In this document: positions 15,055-27,927 of the stretch, one piece after another
How positions within the stretch are numbered: the first letter of the stretch is position 1
Layout of the letters: the number at the start of each line of letters is the position of its first letter
Assembly: GCA_951406725.2 (NCBI GenBank)
Contig: OX597832.1
Span: forward strand, 50,282,001-50,346,000
DNA length: 64,000 nucleotides
Source of the DNA: Octopus vulgaris
Taxonomy: Eukaryota
Reading direction: 5' to 3'
The notes under the pieces: model-generated
The model's input: only the letters and a program-made list of their open reading frames with translations
Database searches by the model: none
Told to the model about the DNA's origin: nothing
Made by a program: the position numbers and the translations under genes

Positions 15055-15651
15055 TCACACAGCCATGCCTATGGGTCAACAAATCCAGTATTTGGTATTG
15101 TTGGTCAATTTATTAAAAACAGTAAAAATATATCCTGACAATGAGTCACTATATACACTTAGATGAGTCAGATTCGTTAATTACCTTTGAATTAAATAGG
15201 GTTCCATCTAATTGGCTCATTTGTTCACTTTGCTTCATGCCTTGCTTGATGAGGCTGGGGTCATCCCAGATTAGTGGTCCCAGAGATGCCATCATGTATA
15301 GAGCTGACCGGGTCTACCAGTGCTCCCCATTACTGGCGGTCTCATGCCAGCCCCTCTGCATCCTTATTGGCCCATTCATGGTGTTAAAACCATATGATAG
15401 ATTAAGTCCACCAACCAAACACAGAAATGGTTTAACCAACAGACTTACAAAGTTCCTGTCCTCTAAATTTCATTCACAAGGTTTTGGACTACTCAAGACT
15501 GTGAAAGAAAATACTTGACCAAGGTGCTGTTCAGTAGGATTGAACCAAAAACCACTATAGTTGCTGAGCGAATTTCTTGATTGTTGTTTATCTTCAGGCC
15601 ACTTTGATTAATCAGGCCTATGATCAAAAACATTCAATCCTTGATTATACC

Positions 15652-16059
15652 TATTACTTCACTATCCACAAGGGGCTAAACACAGAGGGGACAAACAAGG
15701 ACAGACACACGAACCAAGTCGACTATATTGACCCCAGTGCATAACTGGTACTTATTTAATCAAGCCCGAAAGGATGAAAGGCAAAGTCAACCTCGGTGGA
15801 ATTTGAACTCAGAACATAGCGGCAGACGAAATACCTATTTCTTTACTACCCACATGGGGCTAAACACAGAGGGGACAAATAAGGACAGACACACGAACCA
15901 AGTCGATTATATCGACCCCAGTGCATAACTGGTACTTATTTAATCGACCCCGAAAGGATGGAAGGCAAAGTCAACCGCGGTGGAATTTGAACTCAGAATG
16001 TAGCGGCTGACGAAATACCGCTAAGCATTTCGCCCAACGTGCTAACGTTTCTGCCAGCT
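15652..16059 (-). mobile_element. Dimeric S1 SINE
   Basis: Two bodies and one head; flanked by CAATCCTTGA(T/C)TATACC at 15635-15651 and 16060-16076. Confidence 0.85.
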
Positions 16060-16384
16060 CAATCCTTGACTATACCATCTTTCCTCTAGACACAAGGGAA
16101 AGACTTTCAGGAACTATATATTTATGCAGTATTCCTTTTCATTTATGTAACATGAAGTGTGATTTGATGGAAACTTCGCTGCTGTTTCTAGCAGTGTTGA
16201 GCAACCATATATAGGCCCTCTCATTGGTTGAAGCTGATGAAGTTGTCGAGGCAATAATTAATGACTGCATAAGCTCTTGGGCTTTATGCACATGAGTTTT
16301 GAATTCAAATCTGCTTGCATTTGTTTTTGTGGACAGATCACTTCATTCAACACACTTCAGGAATCATCTTTTTCTTTTTTTTTT

Positions 16385-16776
16385 CTTTTTCTTTGTTTCA
16401 GTCATTTTGACTGCGGCCATGCTGGAGCACCGCCTTTAATCGAGCAACTCGACCCCGGGACTTATTCTTTTGTAAGCCCAGTACTTATTCTATCGGTCTC
16501 TTTTGCCGAACCGCTAAGTGACGGGGACATAAACACACCAGCATCGGTTGTCAAACAATGCTAGGGGGACAAACACAGACACACAAACACACACGCACGC
16601 ATATATATATATACGACGGGCTTCTTTCAGTTCCCGTCTACCAAATCCACTCAGAAGGCTTTGGTCAGCCCGAGGCTATAGTAGAAGACACTTGCCCAAG
16701 GTGCCACGCAGTGGGACTGAACTTGGAACCATGTGGTTGGTAAGCAAGCTACTTACCACACAGCCACTCCTGCGCC
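16385..16776 (-). mobile_element. tRNA-derived CORE-like SINE (family S2), full length
   Basis: Head GGCGCAGGAGTGGCTGTGTGG...GGTTCAGTCCC, CORE-like GGCACCTTGGGCAAGTGTC, internal microsatellite and 3' stem-loops. Confidence 0.85.
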
Positions 16777-17430
16777 TATAGCATTTTTATTCTGACTTCC
16801 TATCTGTGAGGAAGATTTTTATCTCTCATCTGCTTCACCTCACAAGACCTTAAATCCCTATCCTGACCCCTGTAACCTAGGAGGAAAAAAAAACAAAAAC
16901 AAAAAACAAATTGAAAATAAATGTGACTTTTGCTAACGAGATGGTGAAGTGGAGTTGCCTCTCTGTCACCTTTGATCTTTGTTTGCTGAAGAAATGTCTT
17001 TGAACTGAGACATGTGTATGTGTGTGTACCTACATGTGTCATTTCATCTAATGCCCATCTATCACAATTAGGCTAAATAATGATAATAGAGGACAAAATA
17101 ATAACTGAAAGGTTTTGTGAGAGGATAGAGTTTTCCTGAATCTCAGCCACCTTTTACTTACACATGGAGTGATTAATGAGAAATATGTACATCTCTGTGT
17201 AAGTATGCATTTAGCTGTGTGTGTGTGTTTCTGGGGAATGTTTTTTTTTTCTATTTCATTTGTTCATATCTCGAAGCATTTCTGTGTCTGTATGTGTTAT
17301 GTATGTATGTATATGTAAGCACAACGGTACTGGATAGTTTAGTTGTCCACTTTGCAACCACAAGGTCCTAAGTTCACTCCCACTGTGTGGCATTGTGAAT
17401 GAGTGTCTTAAATATATATATATATATATA

Positions 17431-17815
17431 GGCGCAGGAGTGGCTGTGTGGTAAGTAGCTTGTTTACCAACCACATGGTTCCAGGTTCAGTCCCACTGCA
17501 TGGCACCTTGGGCAAGTGTCTTCTACTATAGCCTCGGGCCAACCAAAGCCTTGTGAGTGGATTTGGTAGACGGAAACTGAAAGAAGCCCGTCGTGTATAT
17601 GTGTGTGTGCATGTATGTTTGTGTTTGTCCCCCTAGCATTGCTTGACAACCGATGCTGGTGTGTACATGTCCCTGTCACTTAGAGGTTCGGCAAAAGAGA
17701 CCGATAGAATAAGTACTGGGCTTACAAAGAATAAGTCCCGGGGTCGAGTTGCTCGATTAAAGGCGGTGCTCCAGCATGGCCGCAGTCAAATGACTGAAAC
17801 AAGTAAAAGAGTAAA
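17431..17815 (+). mobile_element. S2 SINE, full length
   Basis: Same architecture as 16385-16776, in the opposite orientation. Confidence 0.85.
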
Positions 17816-17818
17816 CAG

Positions 17819-17922
<104 letters not shown>

Positions 17923-18003
17923 TACTGAGTTTCTAGCTAACACATTCCTTGTGTGTGTCCTCTTGTTGTCTGTTAATTTTATTATTTGTTTATTTAAATT
18001 GAC

Positions 18004-18060
<57 letters not shown>

Positions 18061-18327
18061 TTAATAAGGGTGAGAGAATTAGATACTAATTTAATAGTAT
18101 ATCTATTCAACACCAAGTGGCCTAGTGCTACGAGAAACCTGGATTATTATAATATTTTATAACATATTATAATATTTTTACAAAATAAATATAAGAGAGT
18201 GGTCACTATATGGCTCACTCTAGCACCAGTTAATCCAAAAGGTTTCAACCACGAAAATACGTTTCCCATGAAAGTCAGTACGATTGTTAGCTCACACGGA
18301 CAGGGCAAATAAAAAATAACAAAAATA

Positions 18328-18424
18328 CAGATTATTTTGGGACAATTGTTTCGCTATTAATGAATTAAATGTAATTTTACTTACAAAAAAAATCCATTTG
18401 TAGCTCGTCAGCCAAAACTATCTG
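18328..18424 (-). ncRNA. Type I hammerhead ribozyme (inverted copy)
   Basis: Reverse complement of 18981-19077 with an intact core. Confidence 0.85.
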
Positions 18425-18980
18425 GATGAAATCCACTCAATCACACGCCAGATTTTACCATAACAATAAATACGCGTGTGGTTCAATTGATTACATCCGA
18501 CGTTAATTCATTAATAGCGAAACAATTGTCCCAAAATAATCTGTATTTTTGTTATTTTTTATTTGCCCTGTCCGTGTGAGCTAACAATCGTACTGACTTT
18601 CATGGGAAACGTATTTTCGTGGTTGAAACCTTTTGGATTAACTGGTGCTAGAGTGAGCCATATAGTGACCACTCTCTTATATTTATTTTGTAAAAATATT
18701 ATAATATGTTATAAAATATTATAATAATCCAGGTTTCTCGTAGCACTAGGCCACTTGGTGTTGAATAGATATACTATTAAATTAGTATCTAATTCTCTCA
18801 CCCTTATTAATTAATTATAATTATGCTGCATTTATTTCTAAATGCTGTATTTGTTTTCCGTGAAAGTTTGGCGCGCTGTTAGTTGGGGCATTTGAATTAT
18901 AACGTCGGATGTAATCAATTGAACCACACGCGTATTTATCGTTATGGTAAAATCTGGCGTGTGATTGAGTGGATTTCATC

Positions 18981-19077
18981 CAGATAGTTTTGGCTGACGA
19001 GCTACAAATGGATTTTTTTTGTAAGTAAAATTACATTTAATTCATTAATAGCGAAACAATTGTCCCAAAATAATCTG
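18981..19077 (+). ncRNA. Type I hammerhead ribozyme
   Basis: Stem I CAGATAGTTTTGG/CCAAAATAATCTG; core CTGACGA (18994-19000); stem II GCTA...TAGC; GAAA (19053-19056); palindromic stem III ACAATTGT; GUC triplet at 19062-19064. Confidence 0.85.
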
Positions 19078-19240
19078 TATTTTTGTTATTTTTTATTTGC
19101 CCTGTCCGTGTGAGCTAACAATCGTACTGACTTTCATGGGAAACGTATTTTCGTGGTTGAAACCTTTTGGATTAACTGGTGCTAGAGTGAGCCATATAGT
19201 GACCACTCTCTTATATTTATTTTATATATATATATATATA

Positions 19241-19322
19241 CTTTATTTAAAGCAGCAGAAAATTCAACAAAATCTGTTACTCTGAGTTGCCGTTGTTGAA
19301 TTTTCTGCTGCTTTAAATAAAG
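19241..19322. repeat. 30-bp perfect inverted repeat (small fold-back relic)
   Basis: CTTTATTTAAAGCAGCAGAAAATTCAACAA and its reverse complement, separated by 22 nt and flanked by (TA)n. Confidence 0.85.
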
Positions 19323-19514
19323 CAAATTACCACTGGTATTTGAGTACTCTTTTTTCCACCTTGTTTCACATTTATGTGTTTACTCCGGTATATATATATA
19401 AAAGATGGAGGTGGAAATAGCACAGAAGTAAATCTAAGACATTTGAATTTAAGAGGGAATTTAATAAAAAAAATTATTAAAAAGTTATATAAAGAATAAG
19501 TATTACATTGGTCA

Positions 19515-19717
19515 GGCGTAGGAGTGGCTGTGTGGTAAGTAGCTTGCTTACCAACCAGATGGTTCCGGGTTCAGTCCCACTGCATGGCACCTTGGGCAAG
19601 TGTCTTCTACTATAGCCTCGGGCCGACCAAAGCCCTGTGAGTGGATTTGGTAGACGGAAACTGAAAGAAGTCCATCGTATATATGTATATGTGTGTGTTT
19701 ATATATATATATGTATG

Positions 19718-19770
<53 letters not shown>

Positions 19771-20150
19771 CTGTGTTTGTCCCTCCAACATCGCTTGACA
19801 ACCAATGCTGGTGTGTTTATGTCCCCATAACTCAGCGGTTCGACAAAAGAGACCAATAGAATAAGTACTAGGTTTACAAAGAATAAGTCCTGGGGGTCGA
19901 TTTGCTCGACCAAAGGCAGTGCGATGTTGGGAGGCGATGTTGTCAAGCGATGTTGGGAGGACAAACACAGACACACAAACACATACACACACATACATAT
20001 ATATACATATATACGACGGGCTTCTTTCAGTTTCCGTCTACCAAATCCACTCACAAGGGTTTGGTCGGCCCAAGGTGCCACGTAGTGGGACTGAACCCTG
20101 AACCATGTGGTCAGTAAGCAAGTTACTTACCACACAGCCACTCCTACGCC
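19515..20150. mobile_element. Tail-to-tail pair of S2 SINEs
   Basis: + copy at 19515-~19920 directly abutted by a - copy at ~19935-20150. Confidence 0.8.
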
Positions 20151-21342
20151 TAAGCAAGTAAAAGAATAAAAGAATAATGGATTCACCCCTTGTTTTGAAC
20201 AGGTGTACCATTATCTATAATTAATAAAAATGTCGTCATTTTTGACGACACAAGTATACTAGTACAAGATTAATTATATTTTACAACTTAGCACATCTGT
20301 GCTTTATTTGTTAAGATTTGTGATTTCAGTCTAAGCGACTGTTTATTCCAAAAATATAACGTGTCATTACATTTCATGATGTTTTAATGGTATCTTTTTT
20401 TATTTTTTGTATTAGTTAAAGATTCGAAGATTCAAATTTAAAATGTCGTATTCCCAAGACTTTAGATTGCTTGGGAAACAAACAGTAAAAAAAAAAAAGG
20501 AAAAAAAGTGTTTTTATTCATACATAATATATATATATATCTACACTTGATATTTTGCAAAGATAAATTTATTTTAAATAGAAATTTGTTTAGCATGAAA
20601 CATAGTTCTGCGATTTAAATTTTTGAATTTTTTATTTTGTTTTTGTTTTTTGGTTTTATTTTGTTTTTTTTTCTTTAACATTCAGAGATTCATGAATTTT
20701 GAATCAACTTTTGGAAATTGAAATAAATTTACATGAATCAAGTAACAAGAAAAAAATATACATGATAACAAACAAAGAATGTCCGGAAGGAGCAAAAAAG
20801 CTGTCAGATTTCTAGAAACTTAATTTTAAAATTTTTGTCTCGCTCTTAGGCAAAGGAAACAAAACAACACCACCAACATTATCATCATCATCGTCATGAA
20901 CAGCAATAACAAGAATAATAATGTGTTTGAAAAGATTTGAACGGAAGATTTCTCCGATTGAATGTTCTGAATTCAAAATCTTGCTAAAGTCACCTTTGCC
21001 TTTTGTCCTCGTGGGGATTAAGAAAATAAAATACCAGTCAAGTACTGGGGTTAATTGAATCACCTGTACCCCTTCCTCAAAATGTGAAGCCTTTTGCCTC
21101 TGTTCAAAACCAATTATTATTATTACTATTATTATTATTAGAATCGTTAGCACGCCGAGCGAAATGCGTAGCCGTATTTCGTCTGCCGTTGCGTTCTGGG
21201 TTCAAATTCCGCCGAGGTCGACTTTCGGGGTCGATAAATTAAGTACCAGTTACACACTGGGGTTGATGTAATCGACTTAATCTGTTTGTCTGTCCTTGTT
21301 TGTCCCCTCTGTGTTTAGCCCCTTGTAGGTAGTAAAGAAATA

Positions 21343-21398
<56 letters not shown>

Positions 21399-22876
21399 GT
21401 AGTAGTAGTAGTAGTAAGGTAGTGAGCTGGCAGAATCATTAGCATGCCGGACAAAATTCTTAGCACCATTTCTTCCGTTTTTATGTTCTGAGTTCAAATT
21501 CCACCGAAGTTGACATTGCCTTTCATCCTTTTGGGGTCAATAAAATAAATACCAGTTGAGCACTGGAGTCAACGTAATCTACTTACCTCCACTCCTGAAT
21601 TCGATAGCCTGGTGCCAAATTTTGAAATCATTATTATTGTTATTATTGAGTGAGAGAGTAGTGCATGCCATCAAAGTGACACTGTGGTAAAATATACGAA
21701 GCCCAGTATACCCATCATGACTACCTGTCTGATAAGAGTACACCAGGCAGATGCATCACAACCATATGTGTATGACATGGTGATCTCATTTGAAGATAAA
21801 CTCTGCATGACCTTGCAGATGGGGGCCCAGTTAGAATTCTCTTCACATTGAGTAACCCATCCCACTCTAAAGGTCTCTGAATAAAGGTTTTTGAAGGATG
21901 TTGAATGAAACACTCATGTTTCTAGGGGTGAATTATTCAAATCCCAAAGAATTTCTCTCAACACACAGCTATGATGTTCCCCCATTACTTCTGCTCATCA
22001 TCAGAGATGCACACATCGTCAGCCATTAAGGGACATGGTCAACTGGTTAAGGTCAAACAACTGACAAGCAAATCTGTGGTATTGAGCAGAATATTTGCTG
22101 TAGCCCATCTTTTATACCAAGACAAAACATGTACATGTTAACACTTCCGATCAGTTAAGATCAGAAACCATGAGAGCCAGTGCCTGGTATTACATCAGGA
22201 CATTTGTTGTTGTTGTTGTTGTTGTTGTCGTCAGCGGTGGCGGTGTCAAAATAGTAGAGTGGCAGATTTGGTACAGTGCCAGATTAAATTCATTATAAGA
22301 TTTAATTACTTGCTTCTACCTATACACTTTATATTTGAAGTCTTCACAGATTGACTTTGTGTGTCATCTCGCCTGGGACCAAATGTGATATGTTAGATGT
22401 GCAAGGTTTTGTTAGCATGAAAGTAAAGTATAAGTGATGAGAGAGACAGACAGACACACGGAGAGACCAACAAACAGTTCCTGGGTGTTAAAGGTAATCA
22501 GCTGGTGTGGGTAAAAGTGACAGCTGCATTGGTAATGCCAGGCGATAGGTGGAGATGAACCATGTATGCGATGATAGAGAGAAAGTACCTGAACCTAGAG
22601 GAAGACTTTTTGAAGACATGGAAAGGAGTGGTAAACTCAGGTCTTGAATTATCAGGTCTTTCAGATAAGCTGATATAGGATCTAGAGGTGATGAAATCTG
22701 TTATACTGCACACTTGCCCAAGTCATATCAGCATGGAGAAAGTAGGGACATCATCATCATGATTTAGCATCACTTTTTGTCTGTTTTAGTTTGGTTTCTG
22801 TGGCTGGATGCCTTTCCTAATGCCAACCACTCTGCAGAATATACTGGGTGTATATTCTGTGGGATGTATATTCTGT

Positions 22877-23285
22877 GAGCTGGCAGAAATGTTAGCACAC
22901 TGGGCGAAATGCTTAGTGGTATTTTGTCTGCCTTTATGTTCTGAGTTCAAATTCCGCCAAGGTCGACTTTGCCTTTCATCCATTCGGGGTCGATAAATTA
23001 AGTACCAGTTATGCACTGGGGTCGATATAATCGACTTAATCCATTTGTTCTTGTTTGTCCTCTCTGTGTTTAGCCCCTTGTAGGTAGTAAAGAAATAGGT
23101 ATTTCATCTGCCTTTACATTCTGAGTTCAAATTCTGCCGAGGTCGACTTTGCCTTTCATCCTTTCAGGATCGATAAATTAAGTACCAGTTACGCACTGGG
23201 GGTTGATGTAATCGACTTAATCCCTTTGCCTGTCCTTGTTTGTCCCCCTCTATGTTTAGCCCCTTGTGGGCAATAAAGAAATAAG
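22877..23285 (+). mobile_element. Dimeric S1 SINE
   Basis: Head plus two bodies joined at AAAGAAATA|GGTATTTC. Confidence 0.8.
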
Positions 23286-24155
23286 AATATACAGGGTGTC
23301 CTTTATGTATCACCGCCATGGATGCCTTTTATATGTCACCGGCATGGGTGCCACTCAGCTGTCATTGGCACAGGTGCCTTCTCAAAACTACAAGATGATG
23401 CTTGATTACTTCAAAACAATGTGAATGAATAAGCATTACATCTGGCAGAGTAATCCGAGCGCAAAGGAGTTAAGGAAAACAAATGAAAAAGAAGCAAAGA
23501 GGATGGATAAGGTGTGATTTATTGATATCTGACTGCTATTTCTAGCAGGTTCAATGACCATGTAGGCTCATCTCTTTCATTATTGTTGGTACTGTTGTTG
23601 TTGTTATCAACTGTTATTTACAACTGTTTAGCGTTGTAGCTGTTGCTCTCGAGAAATGTTTTTGTTGCTGTTTACTTTCTTGTTGTTGTCAATGTTGATG
23701 TTTACTAGCTGGGTGTTGTTGCTGTTGTTGTTGTTGTTGTTTGTTGATGTTTACTCCATGTTGGTATTGTCTGTGTTGTTTTTTTTTATGTTTACTGCTG
23801 CTTGTTGTTGTTGCTGTTGTTTTGTTTACCTGCAATCCTCAGTGTTGTTGTTGTTGTTGTTTACTACTGCTTCGCATTGTTGCTATTGTTGTCGTTCCAT
23901 ACTTTGAAGTTGTATTCAGTCATCAAAGGAAAAAGCAAAAGAAGAAGATGAAGAAGAAGGATGAAGAAGGTTGTGTGGGGGGGTTGGTTGTGTTGGATGG
24001 GGTATGGTTAGTAAAGCAAGGAGGAACTGCAAAAAGAATTTTACAAAAAAAGGGAACAGAAGATGCTAAGAAAGGAATGTTTTCAGATGTGGGATGGAAT
24101 TGGAAGATGGTGGGGAAGTGAAAGTGAAAGTCAGAGACAGAATATAGAGTGTGTG

Positions 24156-24186
<31 letters not shown>

Positions 24187-24569
24187 GTGTGTGTGTATTT
24201 ATTATGTATGGATTTATGTATATATATGTAAATATGTTTGTTTAGATGTGTAACTATGTATGTGTCTTTATGTGTGTGTATGTGTGTAATTATGTATGTG
24301 TCTTTATATGTCTCTACATCTGTATGCATGTATGGGTGTGTATTTATAAATGTATGTTTGTATGTATGTATGTATGTGTGTGTATGTATAGGTGAGTAAT
24401 TGTGTATGTGTGTGTTTTTATGTATGTATATATGTATTTATTTATGTATGTGTGTGTGTATGTATTTATGTATGTTTGTATTTATTTATTTGTATGTGTG
24501 TATGTATAGGTGAGTAATTGTGTATGTGTGTGTTTTTATGTATGTATACTTATGTATGTATGTGTTGTC

Positions 24570-24610
<41 letters not shown>

Positions 24611-25080
24611 ATGTGTGGGTGAATAATTATGTATGTATTTGTGTATGTATGTATGTATGTATATATGTGTGTGTCTGTGTAATTATATGTGCTTGTGTGT
24701 GTGTGTCTGAATGTATGTATGTAATGTATAAATGTATGTATTTATGTACGTGCATTTGTAGGTGTGTATGTTGGATGTATATTGAGTTTGCGTTATGTGT
24801 ACCTATAACAATATCACAATATCTCTAACATAGCGTAAACATGGATAACATGAAGCATGATGTGGTGTGCTCATCGGGGTGGATAATGGGGGTGCAGTTT
24901 GCATGTTTACAAGTAACGCAAGTGTGTGTGTGTGTGTGAATGTGTGTGTAGGTAGATAGATATATAGATAAACAGTCAAATATATACATATATATATCTT
25001 TATATATTTTCAGCTATGTGGTTGCAGTTACACACCACCATGAATATATATATGTGTGTGTATATATGTAGATATATTGT

Positions 25081-25391
25081 GAAGGCACGTGGCTTAATGG
25101 TTAGGGCATTTGGCTCACGATTGTAAGGTCGTGAGTTCGATTCCTGGCGATGTGTTGTGTCCTTGAGCAAGACACTTTATTTCATGTTGCTCCAGTCCAC
25201 TCAGCTGGCAAAAGTGAGTTGTACCTGTATTTCAAAGGGGCCAGTCTTGTCACACTCTGTGTCATGCTGAATCTCCCTGAGAACTACATTAGGGGTAAGC
25301 TTGTCTGTGGAGTACTCAGCCACTTGCACATTAATATCATGAGCAGGCTGTTCTGTTGATCGTATCAACTGGAACCCTCATCGTCGTAACC
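25081..25391 (+). mobile_element. tRNA-derived SINE (family D)
   Basis: A box TGGCTTAATGG, B box GAGTTCGATTCC, CORE-like GTGTCCTTGAGCAAGACAC. Confidence 0.8.
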
Positions 25392-25429
25392 TACAGAGTG
25401 CTCCTCATATATATATGTATATATATATG

Positions 25430-25481
<52 letters not shown>

Positions 25482-27669
25482 TATCGTGTGGTAGGAAGCT
25501 TGCTTCCTAACCACATGGTTCCAGGTTCAGTCCTACTACACGATGGCACTTTGGGCAAATACCTTCTACTATAGCTTTGGGCTGACCAAAGCCTTGTGAG
25601 TAAATTTGGTAGACGGAAACTGAAAGAAAGGACCGTTGTCATCATCATTTAGCATCTGCTTTCCATGCTGGCATGGGTTGGATGGTTTGACTGAAAACCG
25701 GTAAGCTGGAGAGCTGCACCAGGTTCCAATCTGATTTAGCTGGATGCCCTTCCTAATGCCAACCACTCCAAGAGTGTAATGGATGCTTTTTATGTGCCAT
25801 GGCACAGGTGCCATTTGCATGACACTGGAGATGGCCATGACTTTGGTTTCACTTGGCTTGACGAGTCTACTCAAACACAGCATATTGCTAAAGGCCTCTG
25901 TGAGGCCCAACATTTGAAATCATGGTTCACCACCTTGTCCCATGTCTTTCTGGGTCTACCTCTTCCACAAGTTCCCTGCTATATATATATATATATATAT
26001 ACAGAAGCTTCTTTCAGTTTCCCTCTGCCAAATTCACTCACAAGGCTTTCATTCAACCTGGAGCTATAGAAGACACTCAAGGTACTGCGCAGTGGGTCTT
26101 CACCTGAGACCACAACCATACCTGCTCATATATATATATATTTATATATATATAGGTGCAGGGATGGCTATATGGTAAGTAGCTTGCTTGCCAACAACAT
26201 GGTTTCGGGTTCAGTCCCACTGCATGGCACCTTGGGCAAGTGTGTCTACTATAGCTTCAGGCTGACCAAAGCCTTGTGAGTGGATTTGGTAGATGGAAAC
26301 TGAAAGAAGCTCATCATATATATGGCCCGTATGATCAGCATGACTCAAAAAGGTAACTTTACCTTTTTTCTTTTATTTGCACCAATCATTGGATTGTATT
26401 CCATGCTGGGGCACCATCTTGAAAGATGATGATGGTGGTGGTGGTGGCAGTGATAGTGGTTGTTGTTTTAGTTGAACAAATCTGCCCTAGTACTTATTTT
26501 TTTTTGAAGTCTGGTACTTATTTCTATGGGACCCTTTCACCAAATTACTGTTACAGGGATGTAAACCAACCAACACTGTTTCTCAAGCAGAGCAACCAAC
26601 ACACGGACGGACACACACATACATATGGGCTTCCACACAATTTTCATCTCCCAAATTCACTCACAAGGCATTGGTTGGCCCAGGAACTCCAATATTTTAT
26701 CAACTCTGGAAGGTTTCAAAGAAAAAATTACCAGCCAACCATTGCTGGGATTTGAACTCAGAACATGCAGAGATGTAAACTAAACAGTGCAAGTCATGTT
26801 TTTCCTGCCGGTCTACCAATTCTGCTTTCTGTCTAACAACAGTTAAAGATTACTCATACTGTTTACTAAGTCTTATAAAATATTTTTCCTCTCCAATTAT
26901 CAAAGATTTCAGCCAACTCACAACCCATCTCACAACCCAGCCTTCACTTTTCATTTACTTTCTTCATTTTCTTTCCTCTGTTTACCTTCTTTTCTTTCTT
27001 CTTCTTTACCTTTTTCTTTTCTTTGGGTTTCCTTTTTACTGTTTTCATTTTGTTTTCTTGTTTTTCCCTTAAATTTTGTTTGTTTTCTTTCATTAAAGCA
27101 ATCTCATTAAAAATAAAAATGAAAAAAAAAATTTTTAAAGCAAAAACAAAAACCGAAAAAAACAAAAAAAAACAAACGATGACAAAAAAAAATCAAACAA
27201 CAACAACAACAACCTTAAAATTGAATTATTAAAATAGGATTATTTCCATCAACTTGGAATTTTTATTGATAAGAACTGAAGCAAAAAAAAAAAAAGGAAG
27301 ATAATTTTTATTTGTTTATATATTTATTTGATTCGTTGCTAGAGAGAGAGAGAGACAGAGAGACAGACAGAGACAGAGGGAATGTTAAGGAAGAGGAAGT
27401 TTCTTGTAATCTTCAAATTCCTTTCCAAATTCTATTGTTGTTCCATTGAATGTCACAGAGATATCGCTCTAACATCTGAAGTAAACCAATTCCAATCTCT
27501 CTCTCCTTTTTTTCCCTTTTTGTCCTTGGACTTTTCTTGGAACGGTTGGCAGTGAGGTGGGGGGGGGGTTCAGCTTTTTCTTTGTCAGTGGTACAAGCAA
27601 TGATCGTAGATTTAGTATTGCTTATGGTGGCGGTGGCGGTCTTGTTGTTGTTGTTAATTTCACGTAACT

Positions 27670-27896
27670 GATGGTGATTATCGTGGTGCTGGTTGTGGTG
27701 GTGGTGGTGCTGGTTGTGGTGGTTGTGATGGTGGTGGTGTTGGTGGTGCTGGTTGTGATGGTGGTGGTGGTGGTGCTGATGGTGGTGGTGCTGGTTGTGA
27801 TGGTGGTGGTGGTGCTGATGGTGGTGGTGCTGGTTGTGATGGTGGTGATGGTGGTGGTGGTGGTGGTGCTGGTTGTGGTGGTGGTGGTGGTGGTGG

Positions 27897-27927
<31 letters not shown>

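Larger units (their letters stand above)
18052..19223. mobile_element. Non-coding Penelope pseudo-LTR / retrozyme-like fold-back element
   Basis: 317-bp inverted arms (18052-18368 vs 18503-18819); 18182-18504 is the reverse complement of 18901-19223; 534-bp tandem period (18503 to 19037); embedded in (TA)n; carries hammerhead ribozymes. Confidence 0.8.

Noticed and set aside
18503-18545. Third complete hammerhead
   Set aside because: Only the GAAA/stem III/GUC half is present; the CTGACGA half is removed by the inversion junction.
25081-25150. tRNA gene
   Set aside because: A and B boxes are present but run into a SINE body found elsewhere in the window, and there is no clean cloverleaf; the same applies to 55032 and the S1/S2 heads.
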